NCBI GenBank assembly: GCA_965203055.1
Contig: OZ241863.1
Coordinates: forward strand, 2,592,001-2,656,000
Direction: 5' to 3'
DNA from: Spirochaetia bacterium
GTDB taxonomy: Bacteria > Spirochaetota > Spirochaetia > SZUA-6 > Bin103
DNA length: 64,000 bases
In this document: one piece after another, positions 9,600-18,542 of the stretch
How the letters are laid out: the number at the start of each line of letters is the position of its first letter
How positions within the stretch are numbered: the first letter of the stretch is position 1
The notes under the pieces: generated by a model
What the model saw: only the letters and a program-made list of their open reading frames with translations
Told to the model about the DNA's origin: nothing
Database searches by the model: none
Position numbers and translations under genes: made by a program

Positions 9600-10994
9600 A
9601 TGCACAACGACGAACCCACGCTGACAGACGCCCTGGACAGGGGAACGCTGATTGAAGAAGTCGGGAAGGCCGTAGCTACTTGTACGCCGCCGCAGGTGTT
9701 CGGGGTTCACGGTGATTGGGGTCTAGGGAAGACGAGCTTCCTCCACCAAGTGCAGTGGCACTTAACCGGCACCTGCCCGCAGCGGTCCGACGCCGCCGCG
9801 CCGGAACAGTCCGCGCTACTACCACCGAAAGGTAAGTACCGTAAGGCGATCCGAACGATCTGGTTCGATGCGTGGCGCTATCAGCACGAGGACGTACCCG
9901 TCATCGCCCTGCTCCACGAGATGCGCGCGCAGCTGTCATACTGGCATCGTAAAGGCGGCGTAGTCATTAGAGGGGCTCTTCTTTCTTTCGAGGAAATAAC
10001 GAAGAAAATCGGCATCAAGTATTCCACGTTTCGAAAAGCCAATCGCGAGTGGAAGGCTGAACATCTCCATGTTCCATTGCCATCGTATACCATACGTAAG
10101 CACCTGCGTGAAGCTATCGATCGGTTGATACCGCGCAAGCAATCAGCCCAGGCGCCGTCTCCTCGTCTTGCAATCTTCATCGACGACATAGACCGATGCG
10201 AGCCCGACGCCGCCTTCCGCCTGTTAGAGGGTCTCAAAATATTTCTCACCCTGGAGAACTGCGTGTTCGTTCTTGGAATGAATCAGAAGGTGATTGAGAA
10301 AGCGATCGGCAGCCAGATACTCGACGAAGACTCCCCGAAAGAACGCGCCGCCGCCTACATGGACAAGCTATGTCAAAACGTGTGGCGCCTGCCTGCAGTC
10401 AGGAGACCTGATCTGTTTCTCGAAGATATGCTGGCGGATACGGTCAAATACAAGAACACTCGGAACCGCATCATAGAGGGGATCAAAGACCTTCGCTGCC
10501 TACCTCCTAACCCCCGTCGTCTCAAGGGTCTTGCAAATCTGATCGGGAGGATGTCGGTGTGGCTTCCGAGCCAACGAAATGCAGACAAAAATAGTGCGAT
10601 TCGCCAGGCACAGCTACTCATGGTTGTCGCCTATACGTATCAATTCCATCACGATCTCTACGTTCGGTGGGAAGCAGATCACACACTCTACGACAAGATA
10701 TACGATTGGTGTCGGGGAACGCTGCCGACACCTTCGGAAAGCGAAGATGACAACAACGGTGTCAAAGGTCAGACGTTGGATATCTTTACGTCGATGATTC
10801 TCCCACTACGCGATACTGGTATCGATCAGGGCGAGCCAACGCCGCAACAGAGTAGTAAGATGGAACGGACGTACCCTGATCCAGGCGATAGTCGCGTCTT
10901 CTGGATACAGCCGCTGGTTCAGCGTCTCGGCGACGAAGTGAACGCCGATCAATTCCGGCCTTACCTTTACGGACCGGATCAAGCATCGTCATGA
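9600..10994 (+). CDS. KAP-family P-loop NTPase
   Basis: DALDR, GVHGDWGLGKTS (Walker A), FDAWRY, IFIDDIDRC (Walker B), YMDKL, NPRRLK. Confidence 0.9.
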   Translation: MHNDEPTLTDALDRGTLIEEVGKAVATCTPPQVFGVHGDWGLGKTSFLHQVQWHLTGTCPQRSDAAAPEQSALLPPKGKYRKAIRTIWFDAWRYQHEDVPVIALLHEMRAQLSYWHRKGGVVIRGALLSFEEITKKIGIKYSTFRKANREWKAEHLHVPLPSYTIRKHLREAIDRLIPRKQSAQAPSPRLAIFIDDIDRCEPDAAFRLLEGLKIFLTLENCVFVLGMNQKVIEKAIGSQILDEDSPKERAAAYMDKLCQNVWRLPAVRRPDLFLEDMLADTVKYKNTRNRIIEGIKDLRCLPPNPRRLKGLANLIGRMSVWLPSQRNADKNSAIRQAQLLMVVAYTYQFHHDLYVRWEADHTLYDKIYDWCRGTLPTPSESEDDNNGVKGQTLDIFTSMILPLRDTGIDQGEPTPQQSSKMERTYPDPGDSRVFWIQPLVQRLGDEVNADQFRPYLYGPDQASS

Positions 10995-13612
10995 GTGCAA
11001 CCACCTCCCGAACGGTTCTAACGATGTCCGACCTGTTTGCTAACCCGGCCCTTCGATCCTATCTTTCCAACGTCCGTGACTGGCATGGATACATTCGCTT
11101 TCTCGGATTGCCCGACCGCCGCGACCATCCTGACATCATAATCGACCGCCTGTTCGTCCCGCCGCTTCTGACGGACCGGTACGTTTCTGCTGACGATGAT
11201 CCGTCCGACTGGATCGACGACGCGGAGACGCTGATGACGGTGCTGGCGGTCGACAAGCCGATGGTACTATTGGGTGATCCCGGCACTGGTAAATCGGCGC
11301 TTGTGAATTACCTGGTCTGGCTGCTTTCGCGTCCCGCCGAGAACGGATTGGTAGCTCGGATCGGATGGCGCTTGCCGGTTCCCATGATTCTCAGAGACCT
11401 TCGTCTTGAGGGCGTAACGGACTTCAACGGCCTGCTACAAGCTTTCTTGAAACATGCGATGAGTGCGCCGCTCCGCGATGATACATTTCTTCACGAAGCA
11501 CTATCGGACGGCCAAGCGTTCATTCTACTGGACGGCATCGATGAAATCGGTGACATAGAGGCACGCGAAAGCTTACGCCTAGCGGTGTTCGACGGATTTA
11601 CTCGCTACCCTCGTTGTCGTTGGCTGCTGACGTCAAGGATCGTCGACTACAGTGAAGTACCGTTTGACCGCCATAAAGGTTACAGCCGAGCTGGCAACGT
11701 CAATGCCGAAAGTGGCCCGATAACCAACCGTATGAACGACCTCTTTGTCAAGCGTTCAAGGGTGTTTTTGCCTGACGTGGAGAGGCGCTATATCGCGCCG
11801 TTCGATGATCCACGCATCAAGGCGTTCGCCCGCCGTTGGTATGACGTTCGAGAGGCGGCTGCAGTGCGAGCGGGCGAAGATGCCGCCCATCTCGTTAAAG
11901 CGGTTCATGCGGACGACGGGATTCTCCGACTAGCGCGGATTCCTCACCTGCTGACTATGATGGCCTTGATCCATCGAATCGAAGCAACATTACCGCAAGA
12001 GCGGGCGCTGCTCTACGATCGCATTGCGGAGGCATACTTGGAGTCGATAGACAAGTATCGAGGCATCTACTCCGGTGCCGCTGACTTACCGTTCAAGAAG
12101 CGTTGGCTGGCTCGTGTCGGATTTGAAATGCAGCGTCGCCGCGACGCTCGGGACGGCCCTGACCAATCGGAAATTCTTGTCGATGCCGCCGACGTTCTTG
12201 GCTGGGTGCGCGCTGAGATGGAGCGTCACCCGGTGCCTGGCGCGGATACTCCGGAGGAATTTCTTCAATTCGTGAAGCGGCGCAGCGGTCTGCTTCTGCC
12301 TCGCGGAGAAAATCGCTATGCGTTCATACACTTATCGTTTCAGGAGTACTTTGCCGCTCATGCTGTGAGGCGCGAAATCATGACCCCTAAATGGATAAAG
12401 GAGGGAGAATCCCCGCTAGGTTTTAGATCAGCTTCATTGCTCAATTGGGGGAAAAGACTTGCTTGGACCGAGACGTTCGTATTCCTTTTCGAAATGCTCT
12501 CTTCCGAAGAGGATTGGCATGACGATCTTCGAGATTGTGTTTTCGGGGATAAGTTCTCGCATTTGTGCGACATGACAGATTCGACCTTAGGGCTTAATGT
12601 TTTAGCATCTCGTTTGGCAAGACATCGACGATCTCGCTTTATCTCGTCTGAGATAGTTGATACTATAGTCAATAGAGATGATATAGAACAGATACATAAA
12701 CTGAGCTTATCGGAGTTTCAAGTATCGGACGTGTCTCCGATATCTCGTCTTACTTCACTTCAGTATCTTTCGTTGGACGGGACACAGGTATCAGACCTGA
12801 CCCCGCTTGCGGACCTTGCTTCACTTCAGCATCTTTCGTTGGACGGGACACAGGTATCAGACCTGACCCCGCTTGCGGACCTTGCTTCACTTCAGCATCT
12901 TTCGTTGGACGGGACACAGGTATCAGACCTGACCCCGCTTGCGGACCTTGCTTCACTTCAGCATCTTTCGTTGGACGGGACACAGGTATCAGACCTGAGC
13001 CCGCTTGCGGACCTTGCTTCACTTCAGCATCTTTCGTTGGACGGGACACAGGTATCAGACCTGACCCCGCTTGCGGACCTTGCTTCACTTCGGTTTCTTT
13101 TATTGGACGGGACACAGGTATCGGACCTGACCCCGCTTGCGGACCTTGCTTCACTTCGGTTTCTTTGGTTGGACGGGACACGGGTGTCAGACCTGACCCC
13201 CCTTGCACACCTTACTTCACTTCGGGATCTTTCCTTGAACAGGACACAGGTATCGGACCTTACCCTCCTTGAGCGCCTTACTTCACTTTGGTTTCTTTGG
13301 TTGGACGGGACACAGGTGTCAGACCTGACCCCCCTTGCACACCTTACTTCACTTCAGTCTCTTTCGCTTGAAAGGACACACGTTTCGGTTCTGGATCCGC
13401 TTGCTCACCTCACCTCGCTTCGACATCTTTGGCTAGATGACACGGAGGTGTCGGACTTGACGCCGCTCGTCGCACTTACGTCGCTTCAAAATATCGATAT
13501 AGAGAGGACTCGCGTGTCGGAAAGGTCAGTCAGAAGATTACATGAGGCGCTTCCAAGCTGTAACATAACGTATCAAGGGATACCGTCTGACGCACGGGCG
13601 GAGCATGAATGA
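10991..13612 (+). CDS. NACHT NTPase with C-terminal leucine-rich repeats (bacterial NLR-like)
   Basis: LLGDPGTGKS, ILLDGIDE, LLTSR, PHLLTMMA, RSGLL, FIHLSFQEYFAA, then about 12 22-aa LRRs; ATGA overlap with the KAP gene. Confidence 0.9.
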   Translation: MSATTSRTVLTMSDLFANPALRSYLSNVRDWHGYIRFLGLPDRRDHPDIIIDRLFVPPLLTDRYVSADDDPSDWIDDAETLMTVLAVDKPMVLLGDPGTGKSALVNYLVWLLSRPAENGLVARIGWRLPVPMILRDLRLEGVTDFNGLLQAFLKHAMSAPLRDDTFLHEALSDGQAFILLDGIDEIGDIEARESLRLAVFDGFTRYPRCRWLLTSRIVDYSEVPFDRHKGYSRAGNVNAESGPITNRMNDLFVKRSRVFLPDVERRYIAPFDDPRIKAFARRWYDVREAAAVRAGEDAAHLVKAVHADDGILRLARIPHLLTMMALIHRIEATLPQERALLYDRIAEAYLESIDKYRGIYSGAADLPFKKRWLARVGFEMQRRRDARDGPDQSEILVDAADVLGWVRAEMERHPVPGADTPEEFLQFVKRRSGLLLPRGENRYAFIHLSFQEYFAAHAVRREIMTPKWIKEGESPLGFRSASLLNWGKRLAWTETFVFLFEMLSSEEDWHDDLRDCVFGDKFSHLCDMTDSTLGLNVLASRLARHRRSRFISSEIVDTIVNRDDIEQIHKLSLSEFQVSDVSPISRLTSLQYLSLDGTQVSDLTPLADLASLQHLSLDGTQVSDLTPLADLASLQHLSLDGTQVSDLTPLADLASLQHLSLDGTQVSDLSPLADLASLQHLSLDGTQVSDLTPLADLASLRFLLLDGTQVSDLTPLADLASLRFLWLDGTRVSDLTPLAHLTSLRDLSLNRTQVSDLTLLERLTSLWFLWLDGTQVSDLTPLAHLTSLQSLSLERTHVSVLDPLAHLTSLRHLWLDDTEVSDLTPLVALTSLQNIDIERTRVSERSVRRLHEALPSCNITYQGIPSDARAEHE
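12749..13540 (+). repeat. 66-bp tandem repeat, about 12 copies, encoding 22-aa LRR (LASLQHLSLDGTQVSDLTPLAD)
   Basis: Unit cttcacttcagcatctttcgttggacgggacacaggtatcagacctgaccccgcttgcggaccttg recurs at 12753, 12819, 12885, 12951, 13017, 13083 etc.; first five copies nearly identical, later ones degenerate. Confidence 0.95.
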
Positions 13613-14757
13613 GGCATCTTCCGAGCGACTGCGCGGCAGTCGGCATGCTGCAGGGCGTTGCGCCCGCTCGTAGACGGCAGCCGTTGTCTTCCGGCAATCG
13701 GCTACGTTGGCGGCCCTTCAACGAGATAACGAGATCGCAGTTTACCGCCGTCAGAGTCCGTCGCTATCGCGGCATCGATGGTCTGTTACTCGATAGTCCC
13801 GGAAGAGTCAATCTCATCGTTGGCGTGAACAACTCGGGAAAGACCTCGCTGCTCGAAGCGATCTATCTGTTGGCGCACCAGAGCGATGAGCAGGCGCTGC
13901 TCGACGTTATCCGCTGGCGCGGTCGAGTGGAAGGGGATCCCGACCCGCCTTGGTTGGTGGAGCAACTTCCTCCCGTCATCCGGCTCTCCGGGAACTTCGA
14001 CCAGATCGCGGAGGACAGTACGACCTTCAAGGCCAATGTCCTCAATGAGCCGGGTGATGACTTTGGAGAGCGGGTTGATTTCCTGGCCCAACTCGTCATC
14101 GCGTCCAACTACGGCTGGCGAGCGCAAAGTACGGACGTCGCGTTCTTTGGAGATGGTCGGCGGCGGACCAGCTTCCAGGGGCGGCATTGGTTGTGCCGCT
14201 CCGCCTTCACCAGCCCGTTCTGGTCGAACCGCCCCGACCTGCTGGCTCACTGCTACAAGGAGAGCCTGGCGGCCGGAACGAAGCAGCAGGTCATCGACTT
14301 CATCAGAGAGCACGTCGATCCGGGGCTCCATGACATCGAACTCGCGGAACGGTTCAACCGCTTCCTCGTAAGCCATAGCGACTTCTCTCGCGCACAGGAT
14401 CTTGCGTTGTTCGGGGAAGGGGTGCGCCGAGTGTTCGAGATCGGGCTGCTCTTTGCGGGCGTTCAGGGGGGCGTCCTGTTGATCGATGAGTTCGAGAACG
14501 CGATCCACACCGACCTCCTGGTACCGTTCACGCGTTTCGTTCAGCGGCTTGCCGTCGACCTCAACGTGCAAGTATTCCTGACCACTTACAGCAAGGAGAC
14601 GATCGATGCCTTGCTTCTCAACGAATACCGAACCGCCGACATCGTAGGCTATGCGGTCAGCCGTACCGGCGAGGGCGCCGAGGTAAGACGCTACGACGGC
14701 AACAAGCTGCTCCGCCTGCACGAGGCGATAGACTTCGACCTGCGAGGGATTCGTTGA
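13609..14757 (+). CDS. ABC/AAA_15/21-type ATPase (no partner gene downstream)
   Basis: RYRGI, Walker A GVNNSGKTS, FGEG, Walker B LLIDEFENAIH; H-loop reads TTYS; true start uncertain. Confidence 0.8.
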   Translation: MRHLPSDCAAVGMLQGVAPARRRQPLSSGNRLRWRPFNEITRSQFTAVRVRRYRGIDGLLLDSPGRVNLIVGVNNSGKTSLLEAIYLLAHQSDEQALLDVIRWRGRVEGDPDPPWLVEQLPPVIRLSGNFDQIAEDSTTFKANVLNEPGDDFGERVDFLAQLVIASNYGWRAQSTDVAFFGDGRRRTSFQGRHWLCRSAFTSPFWSNRPDLLAHCYKESLAAGTKQQVIDFIREHVDPGLHDIELAERFNRFLVSHSDFSRAQDLALFGEGVRRVFEIGLLFAGVQGGVLLIDEFENAIHTDLLVPFTRFVQRLAVDLNVQVFLTTYSKETIDALLLNEYRTADIVGYAVSRTGEGAEVRRYDGNKLLRLHEAIDFDLRGIR

Positions 14758-14781
14758 AGACGGTTCTGGCCGGCGCGGCGG

Positions 14782-15585
14782 TCAGCCAGCGGCGAGGGCT
14801 GCGGTGAGGTTGGCTCGTTCCAGCAGCCGGGCGTCCGCCGGGCGCTCCAGGAACGGGCGGACGTCCTGGATGAGTCGGCCGACGTCCAGCGTCGCGAGCT
14901 GCGCCCGGAGCAGCGCCAGCCAGTCCTGCGCGCGATAGCGGCCGGCGCCTTCGGTCTGATCCAGGGCGCGCTGCAGCAGCGGCAGATTCGGCTCCACCGG
15001 CGGGCGCCGGGAGCGGTACCACACCAGATCGAACCAGTCCCGCCCCTTCCGGTAGCGGCGCGCCAGCAGCGCGTGCAACTTGCCGGCCATCAGCGACGGC
15101 AGATCGTAATGGGCCACCACGAAGGTCACGCCGCGCGTGACGATCGTACGCTCGACGGTCGCACCGGCCGGCGGCCGGGTGTCGATCTCGATCTTGATGG
15201 CGAGTTTCTGTTGCGGATGACCGGAAAGCCCCGCTTCGGCGAGCAGCGAGGCGCTGCGGACCCACGCCGCCTGCACCGGTTTGCGGTCGTGCCAGCGAAT
15301 CGTACTCTCGAATCCGGCGAAATGGAGGTCGCGCTTCAGCTTCTCCAACCAGCGGCGCGGGCGGTATCCGGCGGTCGAGGTAAGGCAGAAGTCGAGGTCT
15401 TCGGAGAAGCGCGGCAAGCCCTCCAGCAGGCGCAACGCGGTGCCGCCGACGAACGCCACCGATTGGGCCGCTTCGCTCTCGTGCAGAGACCGCAGGATGA
15501 AGACTTGCAGGTATTCGCGCAGGGCGTTGAGGCGCTGCGTGGGGTCGGAGTAGCGCAGGGCCGCGGCGAGTGCCTGCTCCTTCAC
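14782..15585 (-). CDS. abiEii: AbiEii-family nucleotidyltransferase toxin (type IV TA)
   Basis: FVGGTALR, RFSEDLDF, IKIEID, KLHAL, KGRDWFDL. Confidence 0.9.
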   Translation of the reverse strand: MKEQALAAALRYSDPTQRLNALREYLQVFILRSLHESEAAQSVAFVGGTALRLLEGLPRFSEDLDFCLTSTAGYRPRRWLEKLKRDLHFAGFESTIRWHDRKPVQAAWVRSASLLAEAGLSGHPQQKLAIKIEIDTRPPAGATVERTIVTRGVTFVVAHYDLPSLMAGKLHALLARRYRKGRDWFDLVWYRSRRPPVEPNLPLLQRALDQTEGAGRYRAQDWLALLRAQLATLDVGRLIQDVRPFLERPADARLLERANLTAALAAG

Positions 15586-16223
15586 AGTTCCTCGCCTTCA
15601 TCGTCGGGCAGGTAGCAGCATTCCCGCCAGACCCGCACGGCGTGTAGAATCCTTGGCTTGGCCATGCGCCGCGCGAAGGCGTCGAGGCGGTCGAGATCGA
15701 GCAGTTCGGTCTGCTGGAACCGCATCTCGATCATGCGGTCGGCGTCCCACGCGCCGGGCGTCAGATGGAACAGGTCGAGCAGCGCCTTCTCCATCGTGGC
15801 CACCGCCGCGTCGCTGCCGGCGACGGGAACGGCGTGGTACCCGAAGAAGAAATCGCGCTTCACGTTGCGGTAGCTGAAGATGCCGAACCGGTTCTCGAAC
15901 TCGCGCGGCGTGCGCGTGGTGACGCTGGTGTAGACCGGCACGCTCTCGGGAATGACGCCGTAGAAGCTCAACGCCCACGAGCCGCTGAGATAGGAGGGCG
16001 TGAGCAGCACGTTGGCCAGCGTGGCCGGCGCCAGCGGCGCCCGCCGGTAGCGATCGGCCAACGCGTAGCGGCCCCGGCGCAGGGCGACCACCTTCCCCGC
16101 CCTGCCCCATCGGTGCAGTTGACTCACCACGCTCGCCCGCGGCTCCGCGATGAGCTGCGTCACCGTCGCCAAGTCGAACGACGGCTCCGCCCCGAGAAGC
16201 TCCACGACATCATCGAACCGCAT
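15582..16223 (-). CDS. abiEi: AbiEi-family antitoxin/transcriptional regulator
   Basis: N-terminal wHTH LRRGRY, PSYLS..ALSFYGVIPE, TSVT, EKALLD; overlaps the abiEii start. Confidence 0.85.
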   Translation of the reverse strand: MRFDDVVELLGAEPSFDLATVTQLIAEPRASVVSQLHRWGRAGKVVALRRGRYALADRYRRAPLAPATLANVLLTPSYLSGSWALSFYGVIPESVPVYTSVTTRTPREFENRFGIFSYRNVKRDFFFGYHAVPVAGSDAAVATMEKALLDLFHLTPGAWDADRMIEMRFQQTELLDLDRLDAFARRMAKPRILHAVRVWRECCYLPDDEGEEL

Positions 16224-16238
16224 CCCCCAATCCATCCA

Positions 16239-16274
16239 TTTACGATAATGGACAAACATGCTGATTATCGTCAA
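16239..16274 (-). promoter_or_regulatory. Inverted repeat overlapping putative abiE promoter (candidate AbiEi operator)
   Basis: TTTACGATAAT-N14-ATTATCGTCAA (10/11 inverted match); on the minus strand TTGACG-N18-CATTAT just upstream of the abiEi ATG. Confidence 0.6.
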
Positions 16275-16351
16275 CCATTCATCCGCGCCCTGCACGTGCC
16301 GGCCGGCGCAGTGTGCTATGCTTTCCGGCGCGCCCAGCAGGAGAAGTAGAC

Positions 16352-16852
16352 ATGGCCACCGAGAGCATCACCAAGAATATTCTGTTGCGTCTCAAGAACA
16401 TCGATGCCCGGCTGCCGTCGCTGATACGACGGGTGGACCGGCTTGACGACGCCGCGGCGGAGCGCCGGTTCCGCGGGCGGGCGGCGGCCTGTTTCGGGCA
16501 TCTGTTGCGACGCATCAGAGTCGTAGACAACAGCGCCCTGGCCGACCGGATCGATGATGCCATCGAGTCAGGAACGTTCGCGGAGGCCGACCGGGAGCCG
16601 CTGCTGTTGCTCGACGTCGTGGCGTGGGGACGCGACGTTCAGACGAGGGAAGAGCGGTACCTGGCTGCCGAGGTGTCCGCCGGAATAGGAGAAACCGACA
16701 TTCTGCGGGCCGCGGACCGCGCGGCGCTTCTCGAAAAGCTGACCGGCGTACCTGTCCTGCCGGTGGTGGCCGGGTATTCCATCTCCCCGCGGTTTCGGTC
16801 TATCGCCGCGGGGCGACAGGTCCGGGTGGTGATCGTCGAAGAGCCGCGATGA
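16352..16852 (+). CDS. Hypothetical protein, possibly PD-(D/E)XK-like fold
   Basis: AGGAG SD before ATG 16352; LDVVAWG...YLAAEVS...DILRAADRAALL pattern. Confidence 0.6.
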   Translation: MATESITKNILLRLKNIDARLPSLIRRVDRLDDAAAERRFRGRAAACFGHLLRRIRVVDNSALADRIDDAIESGTFAEADREPLLLLDVVAWGRDVQTREERYLAAEVSAGIGETDILRAADRAALLEKLTGVPVLPVVAGYSISPRFRSIAAGRQVRVVIVEEPR

Positions 16853-16910
16853 TCGAGCGAGCGAGGCGCGCGGTTGAACGGGCGCCGGGGAAGGGACACA
16901 CTCATCCGGG

Positions 16911-18521
16911 ATGCGCTTCTTCAACACCGCGGGACCGATCATCGCGGAGGATCACTACCACGTGCCGCCGCTGCAGCGGCTGGACCGGGACGAGCTGCTC
17001 AAGCTGATCGACTGGAAGCGCTACTTCGTGCTGCACGCCCCCCGGCAGACCGGCAAGACGTCGGCGCTGCTGGCGCTGAATGATGAACTGAACGGCAGCG
17101 GGAAGTACCGCTGCCTGTACTGCAACGTCGAGGTCGCCCAGTCCGCGCGCGAGGACGTGGCCGCGGCGATGCGGGCGATCCTCAATACCATCGCGCGGCA
17201 GGCCCGGCTCCACCTGAACGACCCGTTCCCGGACGAGGCGCGCCGCGGCCTGCTGGAACGCGCCGGGCCTCATGACGCGCTCCGGGAGGTGCTGGCGCTG
17301 TGGGCGGCGGCCGACGCCAAGCCGTTGGTGCTGCTGCTCGACGAGATCGACGCGCTGGTGGGCGACACCCTGATCGCCGTGCTGCGGCAACTGCGCGCGG
17401 GCTACGCCGAGCGCCCGCGCCACTTCCCGCAGAGCGTGGTCCTGTGCGGCGTGCGCGACGTGCGCGACTACCGCATCCGATCTTCCAGCCGGAACGAGGT
17501 GATCGCCGGCGGCAGCCCGTTCAACGTCAAGGTCACGTCGCTGCGGCTGGACGATTTCTCGCCGGACGAGGTGCGCGCGCTGCTCCTCCAGCACACCGCC
17601 GAGACCGGGCAGCGGTGGACCGGGGAAGCCATAGAACGGGTATGGGAACTGACTCAGGGGCAGCCCTGGCTGGTAAACGCGCTGGCCTACCAGGCGTGCT
17701 TCGACGATCCGGCCGGTCGCGACGGCAGCCTGCCGGTCACCGCGGACGCGATCCGGGCCGCCGCGGAACGGCTGATCGTGCGCCGCGACACTCACCTGGA
17801 CCAGCTCGCCGACAAGCTCCGCGAGGAGCGCGTCCGCAACGTGATCGAGCCGCTGCTCAGCGGCGGCGGCGAACGCGGCTACTCCGCGGCCGACGTCGAG
17901 TACGTGCGCGACCTGGGCCTGATCGCCCGCGGCGACCCGTTGCGCATGGCCAATCCGATCTACGCCGAAGTGGTGCCGCGCGAACTGACCAGCCACGTCC
18001 AGGCGAGCGTGGTCGAGGACCCGGCGTGGTACGTGGACCCCGACGGCGGCTTGAACGTCGCGCGGCTGCTGGCCGCGTTCGGGGAGTTCTTTCGGGAACA
18101 TTCCGAGCACTGGGTGCAGCGGTTCCAGTATCGGGAAGCCGGCCCCCAGTTGCTGCTGCAGGCGTTTCTGCAGCGCATCGTGAACAGTGGCGGCCAGATC
18201 CACCGGGAGTACGGGCTGGGGCGGATGCGCACCGATCTGCTGATCGTCTGGCCGGCGGGGGCGGTGGCGGGAACGGCAGGAGCGGCGCCGGGAACGGCGC
18301 GCAGGACGGTGATCGAGTGCAAGGTGGTGACGGCGAAGCAGGGGATGGAGCGGACCGTGCGCGACGGGCTGGCGCAGACGCGCGCCTACCTTGAGCGGTG
18401 CGCGGCGGCCGAGGGCCACTTGGTGGTATTCGACCGCCGGCCCGAGCGCACCTGGGAGCAGAAGCTCTTTCGCCGTGAGGAGACGACCGGCGGCGCGCCG
18501 GTGACCGTGTGGGGAATGTAG
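16911..18521 (+). CDS. AAA-like ATPase with C-terminal PD-(D/E)XK nuclease-like domain
   Basis: MRFFNTAGP, APRQTGKTS, LLLDEID, TQGQPWLVN; C-terminal REYGLGRMRTDL...VIECK...QTRAY. Confidence 0.85.
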   Translation: MRFFNTAGPIIAEDHYHVPPLQRLDRDELLKLIDWKRYFVLHAPRQTGKTSALLALNDELNGSGKYRCLYCNVEVAQSAREDVAAAMRAILNTIARQARLHLNDPFPDEARRGLLERAGPHDALREVLALWAAADAKPLVLLLDEIDALVGDTLIAVLRQLRAGYAERPRHFPQSVVLCGVRDVRDYRIRSSSRNEVIAGGSPFNVKVTSLRLDDFSPDEVRALLLQHTAETGQRWTGEAIERVWELTQGQPWLVNALAYQACFDDPAGRDGSLPVTADAIRAAAERLIVRRDTHLDQLADKLREERVRNVIEPLLSGGGERGYSAADVEYVRDLGLIARGDPLRMANPIYAEVVPRELTSHVQASVVEDPAWYVDPDGGLNVARLLAAFGEFFREHSEHWVQRFQYREAGPQLLLQAFLQRIVNSGGQIHREYGLGRMRTDLLIVWPAGAVAGTAGAAPGTARRTVIECKVVTAKQGMERTVRDGLAQTRAYLERCAAAEGHLVVFDRRPERTWEQKLFRREETTGGAPVTVWGM

Positions 18522-18542
18522 GGAAGGCCCGGTATTCGCCGC

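Noticed and set aside
12749..13540. Regular repeats that could be mistaken for a CRISPR array or DGR
   Set aside because: Contiguous 66-bp in-frame coding units with no unique spacers; no cas or reverse transcriptase gene in the window
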